This document shows, piece after piece, positions 14,366 to 23,184 of a stretch of DNA of 57,047 nucleotides; position 1 is the stretch's first letter; every line of letters starts with the position of its first letter. The notes under the pieces are model-generated. The model made no database searches and was not told where the DNA came from. It saw only the letters and a list, made by a program, of their open reading frames with translations. Source of the DNA: an uncultured Chromatiales bacterium (GTDB lineage: Bacteria > Pseudomonadota > Gammaproteobacteria > 21-64-14); the NCBI GenBank assembly GCA_964487445.1, contig CAZAQG010000001.1, positions 1-57,047 on the forward strand. The letters run 5' to 3'. A program made the translations under genes and the position numbers.

Positions 14366-15622
14366 CTACCGCCTCATGGAGTCGAAGAACCCGGCGTTGG
14401 TCTTGGTGGCCTTGAGCTTGTCGAGCATGAACTCCATGGCGGCGAGTTCATCCATCGGATGGAGCAGCTTGCGCAGGATCCACATCTTCTGCAGCTCCTC
14501 CGGATCGGTGAGCAGCTCCTCGCGCCGGGTACCGGAGCGGTTGATGTTGATCGCCGGGTAGACGCGCTTCTCGGAGATGCGCCGGTCGAGGTGGAGCTCC
14601 ATGTTGCCGGTGCCCTTGAACTCCTCGTAGATCACGTCGTCCATGCGCGAGCCGGTTTCGATCAGCGCGGTGGCGAGGATCGTGAGGCTGCCCCCCTCCT
14701 CGATGTTGCGCGCGGCGCCGAAGAAACGTTTGGGCCGCTGCAGGGCGTTGGCATCGACGCCGCCGGTGAGGACCTTCCCGGAGGCCGGGACCACGGTGTT
14801 GTAGGCGCGCGCCAGGCGGGTGATCGAATCCAACAGGATCACCACGTCGCGCTTGTGTTCGACCAGCCGCTTGGCCTTCTCGATCACCATCTCGGCGACC
14901 TGCACGTGGCGCGTCGCCGGCTCGTCGAAGGTGCTGGAGATGACCTCGCCGCGCACCAGACGCCGCATCTCCGTGACCTCCTCGGGGCGCTCGTCGATGA
15001 GCAGCACCATGAGATGAATCTCCGGGTGATTGGCGGCGACCGACTGCGCGATATTCTGCAGTATCATCGTCTTGCCCGCCTTCGGCGGCGAGACGATCAG
15101 CCCGCGCTGACCCTTCCCCACGGGCGAGACGAGGTCGATGATGCGTGCGGTGATGTCCTCGGTACTGCCGTTTCCGCGCTCGAGCGTCATCCGCTCCGTA
15201 GCATGCAGGGGCGTGAGGTTCTCGAACAGGACCTTGTTCCTGGCGTTCTCCGGCGGCTCGAAGTTGATCTGAGCCACCTTGAGCATCGCGAAGTAGCGCT
15301 CGCCCTCCTTGGGGGGGCGGATGGTACCGGCGACGGTGTCGCCGGTACGCAGGCTGAAGCGCCGGATCTGGCTCGGGGAGACGTAGATGTCGTCGGGTCC
15401 CGCGAGATAGGAGCTGTCGGCCGAGCGCAGAAACCCGAAGCCGTCCTGGAGAATCTCCAGCACGCCGTCGCCGAAGATGTCCTCGCCGTTGCGCGCCTGG
15501 GACTTGAGGATCGCGAAGATGACGTCCTGTTTGCGAGAGCGCGCCATGCCTTCGACGCCGAGGGATTGCGCGAGCTCGATGAGTTCCGATGCAGTCTTCT
15601 GTTTGAGTTCCGTAAGATTCAT
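14366..15622 (-). CDS. rho: Transcription termination factor Rho
   Basis: 418 aa from MNLTELK... to [11 protein letters not shown]; Walker A PPKAGKT. Confidence 0.98.
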   Translation of the reverse strand: MNLTELKQKTASELIELAQSLGVEGMARSRKQDVIFAILKSQARNGEDIFGDGVLEILQDGFGFLRSADSSYLAGPDDIYVSPSQIRRFSLRTGDTVAGTIRPPKEGERYFAMLKVAQINFEPPENARNKVLFENLTPLHATERMTLERGNGSTEDITARIIDLVSPVGKGQRGLIVSPPKAGKTMILQNIAQSVAANHPEIHLMVLLIDERPEEVTEMRRLVRGEVISSTFDEPATRHVQVAEMVIEKAKRLVEHKRDVVILLDSITRLARAYNTVVPASGKVLTGGVDANALQRPKRFFGAARNIEEGGSLTILATALIETGSRMDDVIYEEFKGTGNMELHLDRRISEKRVYPAININRSGTRREELLTDPEELQKMWILRKLLHPMDELAAMEFMLDKLKATKTNAGFFDSMRR

Positions 15623-15800
15623 ATCCGGGTGCCATTCGACCAGGGTCGGGCGGGTGCGAGGGAAACAAAAGGGTTTGGGAACGGTTGCGAAGCGGATCGG
15701 AGTACGGCCGACACGACGTGCGCCGGGCCGACCGTTCTTCGCCTGCGGACTCTATCACCTCGCGCGATCCCGATCCAGGGATCCGACGCGTGCGGCGGGC

Positions 15801-16127
15801 TCACAGGTTGCTGTCCAGAAACGCGGCGAGTTGGGCCCGGGAGACCGCACCCACCTTGGTGGCCTCGACGTTGCCGTTCTTGAACAGCATCAGAGTCGGG
15901 ATGCCGCGGATGCCGTACTTCGGCGGCGTGGCCGGGTTCTCATCGATATTGAGCTTGGCGATGCGTACCCTGCCGGCGTACTCCCCGGCGATCTCATCGA
16001 GGATCGGCGCGATCATCTTGCAGGGGCCGCACCACTCGGCCCAGTAGTCCACCAGGACCGGGGTGCTGGACTTCAGGACTTCGTTCTCGAAACTGTCATC
16101 CGTCACATACACGATGTTCTCGCTCAC
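15801..16127 (-). CDS. trxA: Thioredoxin 1
   Basis: 108 aa with the WCGPC active site. GTG start with GGAGG 8 nt upstream. Shows rhlB-trxA-rho synteny. Confidence 0.97.
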   Translation of the reverse strand: MSENIVYVTDDSFENEVLKSSTPVLVDYWAEWCGPCKMIAPILDEIAGEYAGRVRIAKLNIDENPATPPKYGIRGIPTLMLFKNGNVEATKVGAVSRAQLAAFLDSNL

Positions 16128-16508
16128 GTCGTCTGCCTCCAGGATGCATTTTCGTCTTTTGCGACCTTACAAGGCGCACGCCAACCGGCGGAGCCGGTAC
16201 TGCTCGGTAACTGTGAGGGATCGGAAACGGCGCTTCGTGCCACCCCCGGACCGCGCGGGACCTGAGACCGATCCCCCCGCCACGGAACGCGACCGCCCCG
16301 GTATAACCGCGCTCCGCGCTTCTCGGGCTACTCCGACAGTCCCTTGCCTGCGATGGGCCGATGTCCGAAGGGAGCGACTGCCCGGTGAATCCGGGCGCTG
16401 GACGGGGTTCTTGCTAAGGTCTTTTAGGATAGCGCGGTCCATTTCAACTCAAAGCCGTCGGTTTTTCAAGTCCACTCCTGACCCCAGTTGCGGTATGCTG
16501 TCGAACCT

Positions 16509-17777
16509 ATGAGCCAGAACCCCTTGACGGATGTCCCATTCTCCCGCTTCGACCTGCCCGTTTCGATAGCTCAAGGCATTGAAAAAGCGGGGTTTGTATA
16601 CTGCACCCCAATCCAGTCCCGAACCCTGCCCCTGGTCCTGGCCGGACGCGACGTGGCCGGCCAGGCGCAGACCGGAACCGGAAAAACGGCCGCGTTCCTG
16701 GTCGCTACACTGAACCATCTGCTGCGTCACCCGCGCACACAGCCGCCGGAATGCTCGCGCCCCCGCGCGTTGATCCTCGCACCCACACGGGAACTGGCGA
16801 TCCAGATCCATCGCGATGCCGAGGTGCTCAACCGCCACTGCGGGCTGCATCTGGGCCTCGCCTACGGGGGCACCGGCTACGAAAGCCAACGCGAGGCCAT
16901 CAAGGCCGGCGTGGATATCCTCATCGGGACGCCCGGACGCATCATCGATTACTTCAAGCAGCACGTGTTCGACCTCAAGGACGCCCAAGTGGTGGTGCTC
17001 GATGAGGCCGACCGCATGTTCGACCTGGGCTTCATCCGCGACATCCGCTTCCTGCTGCGCCACTGCCCGCCGCCGGAGCGGCGCCTGAGCCTGCTGTTCT
17101 CGGCGACCCTGTCCTTCCGGGTGATGGAACTGGCCTACGAGCACATGAACAACCCGGAGCTGGTGCAGGTGGAACCGGAGAAGCTCACGGTCGATCAGGT
17201 CCGCCAGTACGTCTATTACACCGCCAACGAGGACAAGATTCCGCTGCTGCTCGGCCTGCTGGGGCACATGGATCCGAGACGCAGCATCGTGTTCGTGAAC
17301 ACCAAGCGCGACGCGGAGCGCGTGGAGCGCTACCTGGAGGCCAACGGCTTCCACGCCGGGATGCTCTCCGGCGACGTCCCGCAGCAGAAGCGCCAGCACC
17401 TGCTGGCCCAATTCCTCGGCGGCAAGATCCCGGTACTGGTGGCCACCGACGTGGCGGCGCGCGGGCTGCATATCCCGGACGTCACCCACGTCTTCAACTT
17501 CGACCTGCCGCAGGATGCGGAGGACTATGTGCACCGCATCGGGCGCACCGCACGCCTCGGCGCCAAGGGCGACGCCATCAGCTTCGCCTGCGAGCGCTAC
17601 GCCTACTCGCTGCCGGACATCGAGAACTACATCGGCCAGAAGATCCAGCGCGAGCCGGTCGAGCCGGCGCTGCTCGTAACCCCCATCGTCCCGGCACGTC
17701 GCGAACGGCGCCCGCACGAGGCGGGCCCGGGGGGCGCCCCGCAGCACCGGCGCCGGACGCGCAGTTCCTCGGCCTGA
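16509..17777 (+). CDS. rhlB: ATP-dependent RNA helicase RhlB (DEAD box)
   Basis: [12 protein letters not shown] ([10 protein letters not shown]), SAT and HRIGRTAR motifs. Divergent from trxA as in E. coli. Confidence 0.9.
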   Translation: MSQNPLTDVPFSRFDLPVSIAQGIEKAGFVYCTPIQSRTLPLVLAGRDVAGQAQTGTGKTAAFLVATLNHLLRHPRTQPPECSRPRALILAPTRELAIQIHRDAEVLNRHCGLHLGLAYGGTGYESQREAIKAGVDILIGTPGRIIDYFKQHVFDLKDAQVVVLDEADRMFDLGFIRDIRFLLRHCPPPERRLSLLFSATLSFRVMELAYEHMNNPELVQVEPEKLTVDQVRQYVYYTANEDKIPLLLGLLGHMDPRRSIVFVNTKRDAERVERYLEANGFHAGMLSGDVPQQKRQHLLAQFLGGKIPVLVATDVAARGLHIPDVTHVFNFDLPQDAEDYVHRIGRTARLGAKGDAISFACERYAYSLPDIENYIGQKIQREPVEPALLVTPIVPARRERRPHEAGPGGAPQHRRRTRSSSA

Positions 17778-17788
17778 GCACCGCCGCC

Positions 17789-18652
17789 GTGGTCCCCGTG
17801 TCGTGGAACGAGACGGTGCCGGACCTCCTGCGCCGGCTACAGGATGCGCGCCGGCTGCGGGCGGGGTTGAACCTGCTGCTGATCCTGGCCATCGCCCATG
17901 GGCTGGCGACCCTCACCTGGCTGCTGGCACCGGCGCCGCAATCCGCCCCTGCGCCGCGGACGGCGGCGGCTCCGACGGTCCGCGACCTGGGGCCGGACGC
18001 CGCGCGCATCGCGGCCCTGCACCTGTTCGGGGCCGCACCCCGGGAAGGCGCGGCGGGCGCCCCCATCAACGCCCCGGAGACCACCCTCAAGCTGGTGCTC
18101 AACGGGGTGCTCGCGGCCACCGACGTCCAGGCGGCGCGGGCGATCATCCGCACACCCGACGGCACCGAGAAACCCTACCGCGTGGGCGATCTCCTGCCCG
18201 GAAACGCGATCCTCAAGGAGATCTACCCGGACCGGGTGCTGCTCGAGCGCAACGGACGCTACGAGACGCTGCCGTTGCCGCGCGGTCAGGGCGGGAACCT
18301 CGGCGCACCGGCGCGCACCGGGACCGGTCCGGCACTGGCACGCGAACTGCGCACCTATCGCCGGCGACTGGTGTCCAATCCCGGCTCCGTATTCCGGTTG
18401 CTGCGCCTGATCCCCACCCGCCAGGACGGACAGTTCGTGGGCTTCCGCGTCTATCCCGCGCGCAACCGGGCGCTGTTCGCGCGCATCGGACTGCGGCCCG
18501 GAGATCTGGTCACCACGGTCAACGGCATCCCGCTCGACAACGCGCGCAACAGCATGCGCGCGCTGCAAGTGCTACGCAGCGCGAACTCGATCCGGCTCTC
18601 GGTACTGCGCGGCGGCCGACCGGTCAGCCTCAACCTCGATCTCAACCCGTAG
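17789..18652 (+). CDS. gspC: Type II secretion system protein C (TM segment + HR domain + PDZ)
   Basis: N-terminal TM segment LLLILAIAHGLATLTWLL, then TLKLVLNGVLA...AIIR...YRVGD (HR domain) and a C-terminal PDZ (GLRPGDLVTTVNGIPLDN). GTG start 12 nt after the rhlB stop. Confidence 0.72.
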   Translation: MVPVSWNETVPDLLRRLQDARRLRAGLNLLLILAIAHGLATLTWLLAPAPQSAPAPRTAAAPTVRDLGPDAARIAALHLFGAAPREGAAGAPINAPETTLKLVLNGVLAATDVQAARAIIRTPDGTEKPYRVGDLLPGNAILKEIYPDRVLLERNGRYETLPLPRGQGGNLGAPARTGTGPALARELRTYRRRLVSNPGSVFRLLRLIPTRQDGQFVGFRVYPARNRALFARIGLRPGDLVTTVNGIPLDNARNSMRALQVLRSANSIRLSVLRGGRPVSLNLDLNP

Positions 18653-18843
18653 GTGCAATCAGCCCTATTCCATAGCGTAGGGCACCGCTGCTCAATTTCT
18701 CGGCGCAGAGCGCCTGCAGATGGGTGACACCGCGGAGTGGTGCCACCAGCGAAGCGAATTGCGTCCTACGGGTGCTAAACTCGCAGGGCGGCAAGGCCGT
18801 CAACGCCTAGCAGCCTGTCGGAACCGATTCGGGAGGAGACGCC

Positions 18844-19023
18844 ATGCAACGCGCCAAACAGGACGCCCTGGAGACCATCGGCAAACTGCCCGACGACACC
18901 GACATGGACGAGATCATGTACCGGCTCTACGTGCTGGATAAGATCCGCAAGGGCCAGAAGGCCGTGGAACAGAGCCTCACCACGAGCAGCAAGGATTTGA
19001 AGCGCGAGATCGATTCATGGTGA
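18844..19023 (+). CDS. Putative type II antitoxin (59 aa, below the track cutoff)
   Basis: ATG at 18844 with GGGAGGAG upstream, translating to MQRAKQDALETIGKLPDDTDMDEIMYRLYVLDKIRKGQKAVEQSLTTSSKDLKREIDSW. The stop overlaps the toxin start (ATGGTGA). GC3 is high. Confidence 0.6.
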   Translation: MQRAKQDALETIGKLPDDTDMDEIMYRLYVLDKIRKGQKAVEQSLTTSSKDLKREIDSW

Positions 19024-19309
19024 TCTGGTCGGACACGGCCAAGGCTGATCTGCAATCCATTCACGACTTCATCGCCCACGACTCCAGGCACTACGCCAAG
19101 CAGGTCGCCCAAGATATCGTGGCCAAGAGCGATGTCCTCAACGAACTGCCGCATATGGGCCGGTGGTGCCGGAGTTCGGCAACAGGGCCATGCGCGAGCT
19201 CTCGCTCTACTCCTACCGCATCCTCTATGAGATCAAGGACCACGGCGTCTTCGTACTGGCGGTGATCCACAAGCGACAGGATTTGCAGCCGGAGATGATC
19301 GGGCGTTAA
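19017..19309 (+). pseudogene. ParE/RelE-family toxin, disrupted by a frameshift near 19160
   Basis: Frame 1 gives MVIWSDTAKADLQSIHDFIAHDSRHYAKQVAQDIVAKSDVLNELPHMGR. The family continuation VVPEFGNRAMRELSLYSYRILYEIKDHGVFVLAVIHKRQDLQPEMIGR* is in another frame and ends at 19309. Confidence 0.65.
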
Positions 19310-19422
19310 GACGCCGTCTCAGTCGGCACTGATGCTGGCCGCGGCCAAGCTGCGGCACATCGCCTAGCTTCAGGGGGGCAGGCGCGTTAGCGACTGCATC
19401 TACTGGAAGCCATCGTTAGCTG

Positions 19423-19881
19423 CTAATTTGAAATTGATTTCAAGTGTTGTTGCCATAATTTTTTGATGGTTACACCGTCTTCAGTACACCAGTGCGCAGG
19501 ACCTCGAACAGAGCTACTGCTATAACCTTCTTTCTGAAGTAGATCCCTAGCCAGATCGCTCATTGAGTATGATCCGCCCTGCCATTTCAGGGACGTACCA
19601 TTAATCACGGCCCTGTATTGGGACAGCTTGTTATTTTGATAATCGACAAGAAACACCGGTTGCCCTTCTTTCAATAGGCCGCTAGAGATCAGGACAGGTA
19701 AATTCGCTTTTGGCTGTTTTCTCCTTGATTTTCCAGCAGTTGTCTTGGATGGTGCTAGTTTTTTCGCAGGAGTATTAAGCCGAAATAGGCGCCGGAGTGT
19801 CAGGTTGGGGGTATCTACAAAAGCTAGTGCTTGGCTTTGAAGGTAGGCGAATACCTCATCATCAATCTCGATCTGTCTCAT
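19423..19881 (-). CDS. AT-rich orphan ORF: SeqA-N-like ribbon-helix-helix N-terminus plus RAMA-like C-terminal domain
   Basis: 152 aa. ATG at 19881 has GAGGA 8 nt upstream. MRQIEIDDEVFAYLQSQA...LTLRRLF resembles the SeqA N-terminus (MKTIEVDDELYSYIAS...ILRRML). The C-terminus YSMSDLARDLL...GPAHW...G.TIKKLW resembles the RAMA pattern (YxSPSxAA...NGWxFW). GC is about 45% on the lines counted. Confidence 0.55.
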   Translation of the reverse strand: MRQIEIDDEVFAYLQSQALAFVDTPNLTLRRLFRLNTPAKKLAPSKTTAGKSRRKQPKANLPVLISSGLLKEGQPVFLVDYQNNKLSQYRAVINGTSLKWQGGSYSMSDLARDLLQKEGYSSSSVRGPAHWCTEDGVTIKKLWQQHLKSISN

Positions 19882-19929
19882 GGTGCTATCCTCTGAGCAT
19901 GCAGTTCATGTAAGAACAAGGATAGCGCT

Positions 19930-19963
19930 GTTCTTATTCCTGTCAATAAATAAGAATAAGAGC
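19930..19963. promoter_or_regulatory. Inverted repeat (candidate operator) upstream of the AT-rich ORF
   Basis: GTTCTTATTC-N14-GAATAAGAGC in the AT-rich 5' region, 50-80 nt upstream of the start at 19881. Confidence 0.35.
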
Positions 19964-20017
19964 GTTTAGTCTTATGAGGGAATCCAAAGACCGGGCGGTC
20001 GCCGTAGAACGCACGCC

Positions 20018-20944
20018 TCACGAGGCGCCGCCGCGCGCGCCCTCCAGGATCTGCACGGCCAGCGGCTTGGTCGCCTCGCCGACGTAGAGCGAGCGATGCG
20101 GGAACGGGATCTCGATGCCCTCGCGATCGAAGGCCTGCTTGACGCGGCGCAGGAACTGGCGCCCCACCTCCCACTGTTTGATCGGCCGCGTGCGGATGCG
20201 GCCCTTGATGATCACGGCGGAGTCGGCGAGTTGGTCGACGCCGAAGATCTCCACGTCATCGATCAGCAGCGGTCCGAAGTACTCGTCGGCGCGCAACCCC
20301 TTGGCCACCCGCTGCAGGACCTCGACCACGTGATCGGTGTCCTCCTTGTAGGCGACGCCGATCTCGAAGACGTACGCCGACCACTCCTTGGTCAGATTGG
20401 AGAGGCTGTTGATGGTGCCGTTGGGGAAGATGTGCACGATACCGGACAGGTCGCGCAGGATCAGGGTACGGAAGTTGATCGCCTCGACCAGACCGCCGGT
20501 GCCGTTGACCACCGCCACGTCCCCGACCCGCACCTGGTTCTCCAGGATCAGAAAAAAGCCGGAGATGACATCGCGCACCAGATTCTGGGCACCGAAGCCG
20601 ACCGCCAGGCCGGCGACCCCGGCGCTGGCCAGGATCGGGCCGATGTTGATCCCGAGCTGACCGAGGATGATCAGCACCGCCATGACCCAGATCACCAGCA
20701 CCACACCCTGGCGCAACAGACGCACCAGGGTCTCGGCACGCTTGCGCGCCTCCAGCGCGCCCTCGCCCTGCGCCGCGGCGCGCCGTTCCAACTCCTGTTC
20801 GAAACGCCGGAACGCGGAGCGCAGCGCAGCGATCAGCACGCGGGCGATCACCAGGACCAGCACCACGCGCAACACCCCGGCGCCGACGGCGCCCCAGTCC
20901 ACCCCCGCGAAATACTGCATCAGTCGTTCGATCGGCAGGCTCAT
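20018..20944 (-). CDS. Small-conductance mechanosensitive channel (MscS family)
   Basis: 308 aa from ATG 20944, with three TM segments followed by the MscS beta domain (VRVGDVAVVNGTGGLVEAINFRTLILRD). Confidence 0.9.
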   Translation of the reverse strand: MSLPIERLMQYFAGVDWGAVGAGVLRVVLVLVIARVLIAALRSAFRRFEQELERRAAAQGEGALEARKRAETLVRLLRQGVVLVIWVMAVLIILGQLGINIGPILASAGVAGLAVGFGAQNLVRDVISGFFLILENQVRVGDVAVVNGTGGLVEAINFRTLILRDLSGIVHIFPNGTINSLSNLTKEWSAYVFEIGVAYKEDTDHVVEVLQRVAKGLRADEYFGPLLIDDVEIFGVDQLADSAVIIKGRIRTRPIKQWEVGRQFLRRVKQAFDREGIEIPFPHRSLYVGEATKPLAVQILEGARGGAS

Positions 20945-21199
20945 GTCGCATTCCCCGGGTTGTACGGCGGCCTTCGCCGCGCATCGCATCGCCGGGCGCT
21001 GGGCGGGCGCCGCGCCCTCACCTTACCATTATTCGCCGCACCGATCCGGTGCCCGGCCGGCCGGACCTCGAGGCGGGCGCACCGCACGAATCTTCCGCAA
21101 CGGTGAGCCACCCGTTCCTCGTGGCGGCGGCGATCGTGCAGGGTCGGGATACGGCCCGGCGGCCTGCGCCCGGGATCGACGAACCCCCGGGGCGCGTGC

Positions 21200-21934
21200 T
21201 CAACCCGGGCGCGGCACGAGGAAGCGCCGGCCCGCGTAGCGCAGGACGAGGCCGCCGGAGGTGATCTCCTCGAGCACCTCGCCGCCGGGCAACTGCTGTC
21301 CCTCGCGGTATTTGTGCAGGTTGATCAGGACCCAGCGCAACGCCCGGCGCGGTGAGTAGACGTACACCTCGATATCCAGCTTCGGGAGCTGGGCGCGGAA
21401 ACTCGCGGGCAGATCGTCCAGACGCGGCACCGGTGGGGCCGCCGGGCGCGGTGCCGGGGGCGCAACGGCGCGGACGGGCGCAACGGCGCGGACGGGTGCG
21501 GCGGCGCGGACGGGTGCGGCGGTCGGCCGGGAACGCGGTGCGAGCGTCGTGGCCGGCGTCGTGGCCGGCGAGGGGTGCGCCACCGCGCGCGCGGGGTGCC
21601 GGGGCGCCGCGGTTTCGAGCCCGGAGGACGCCGGCGCCACGGTCGACGCGATGCGCGGCGCGGTCTGTACCGACGGCGCGCGCGGGACGGTGCGGGCGGT
21701 CGACGCCGCGACCCGCGCCGGGGGCACCCCGCGCCCGGCACCCCGCGTGACGAACCACCAACCGGCCGCCCCGAGCAGCACGCCGGCGGCCAGCACCGCG
21801 CCCGCCCAGGGCCACCAGCGGCGCCGCTCGCCAGCGCCCGGATCGGCGATTCGCAGGTCCGCCGTCAGCGGCGAGACCGCCCCCTGGCCGCGTTCGCGCT
21901 CGGAACGCTTCAGCGCCTCAAGGATATACGACAT
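21200..21934 (-). CDS. gspB: Type II secretion assembly protein GspB/ExeB-like
   Basis: MSYILEALKRSERER N-terminus, a TM segment, a Pro/Ala-rich linker, and a C-terminal PKLDIEVYVYSP...INLHKYREGQQL T2SSB-like domain. The start overlaps the gspA stop (TGATG). Confidence 0.7.
   Translation of the reverse strand: MSYILEALKRSERERGQGAVSPLTADLRIADPGAGERRRWWPWAGAVLAAGVLLGAAGWWFVTRGAGRGVPPARVAASTARTVPRAPSVQTAPRIASTVAPASSGLETAAPRHPARAVAHPSPATTPATTLAPRSRPTAAPVRAAAPVRAVAPVRAVAPPAPRPAAPPVPRLDDLPASFRAQLPKLDIEVYVYSPRRALRWVLINLHKYREGQQLPGGEVLEEITSGGLVLRYAGRRFLVPRPG
21461..21526. repeat. 18-bp coding tandem repeat (about 3.6 units) in the gspB linker
   Basis: CGCAACGGCGCGGACGGG x2, then TGCGGCGGCGCGGACGGG and a partial unit. 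It encodes APVRA(A/V) repeats. Confidence 0.8.
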
Positions 21935-23085
21935 CAGACCCGATCCACATCCCGGCCCACCTCCCTCCGCAGCCACGCAACCGTCGGAGTGCGGGTGCCG
22001 GTGAGGATCGGCGCGTCCCCCATGGGGGACGTCCAGGACGGCCCGCCATCCCCGTACCCACGGCGATCGCCTACCGCGGTGGGCGACGCCGCGAGCAGGC
22101 GCGCCGAGGCCGCGTCGTACCAATCGGCGATGAGGTCCGGGGATCGCGAGGCATGGCGGCCCTGCAGATACACCGGGAGCGACATGTGCCCATGGAACCA
22201 CCCGCCCGCCAGGACCGCCAGGCCCAGCGCGCCGGCGGCCGCCGCGATCCAGCGCCGCCACACGCGCCGCGGTCGCGCGTCCCCGAGCACCTCGGCCGCC
22301 GCCCGGCGCACCAGGCGCACACCGACCTGTTGCTCCTCACGGGCGTAGGCGCCGAGCAGCGCCCGGTCGCACACGGCGTTGATCAGGCGCGGCACGCCGC
22401 CGCTCACCCGGTGCACGCGCCCCTGCGCGCGCGGTGTGAACAGCGACCGCCAAGCGCCGCTCACCGCGAGTCGATGCCGGATATAGGCGGCGGTCTCGAC
22501 GCGGTTCAGCGGCATCAGATGGTAGCGGGCGGTGATTCGTTGCGCAAGTTGACGCAGGTCGTTGCGCCCGAGCAGTGCGCGCAGTTCCGGCTGGCCTACC
22601 AGGATCACCTGGAGCAGCTTGTGCTTGGCCGTCTCCAGGTTGGTCAGCAGCCGAACCTGCTCCAGGACGTCCGGGGACAGGTTCTGGGCCTCATCGATAA
22701 TCACCACCGTGTTGCGCCCGTCGGCGTGGACCTGCAGCAGGTACTCGTTGAGGGCGTCGACCAGTCCCTTGGGGGAGCGGGCGCGCGTATCGACGCCGAC
22801 CCCCAACTCCGCGCAGATGGAGGCCAGCAGTTCGCAGGCCGACAGGCGCGGACTCAGGATCAGTGCGGCATCGACGCGCTCGCCGAGCTGTTCGAGCAGC
22901 GAGCGGCACAGCGTGGTCTTGCCGGTGCCGACCTCGCCGGTGAGCTGCACGAAGCCCCCGCCCTGCTCCACCCCGAACCGCAGATGCGCCAGCGCCTCGC
23001 GGTGGCGCGCGCTCAGATACAGGAAGTGCGGGTCCGGCGTCAGCGAGAACGGCGGTTCCCGCAGGCCGAAGTATTCGGTATACAT
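21934..23085 (-). CDS. gspA: GspA/ExeA-family AAA ATPase
   Basis: MYTEYFGLREPPFSLTPDP N-terminus, Walker A GEVGTGKT and Walker B VVIIDEAQ. Paired with gspB. Confidence 0.88.
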   Translation of the reverse strand: MYTEYFGLREPPFSLTPDPHFLYLSARHREALAHLRFGVEQGGGFVQLTGEVGTGKTTLCRSLLEQLGERVDAALILSPRLSACELLASICAELGVGVDTRARSPKGLVDALNEYLLQVHADGRNTVVIIDEAQNLSPDVLEQVRLLTNLETAKHKLLQVILVGQPELRALLGRNDLRQLAQRITARYHLMPLNRVETAAYIRHRLAVSGAWRSLFTPRAQGRVHRVSGGVPRLINAVCDRALLGAYAREEQQVGVRLVRRAAAEVLGDARPRRVWRRWIAAAAGALGLAVLAGGWFHGHMSLPVYLQGRHASRSPDLIADWYDAASARLLAASPTAVGDRRGYGDGGPSWTSPMGDAPILTGTRTPTVAWLRREVGRDVDRV

Positions 23086-23184
23086 AGGGGATTACCGATC
23101 ACCGTGGGCCGTTTCCGATCATAGTCCATGGCCCCGGATCACACCACCGCGGCCGGGCGGGGACGCCTCGGCGGGGGAGACCCG

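Noticed and set aside
18653-18843. Search for a tRNA, att site or integrase remnant at the left edge of the islet, including the GTAGG-containing segments and the GGTGACACC...GGTGCCACC imperfect palindrome.
   Set aside because: There is no cloverleaf-compatible sequence, and no convincing direct repeat matching the right edge (19985-20017).
19427-19450. TTGAAAT-TG-ATTTCAAGT palindrome at the stop of the AT-rich ORF. It shares GATTTCAAGT with the inner ends of the 91-bp element. CTTGAAATT at 26333 overlaps the sigma54 -12 in a similar way.
   Set aside because: Only 9-10 nt are shared, the sequence is AT-rich and simple, and none of the outer arm (GAGTTCAAGGGG) is present. This is probably coincidence.
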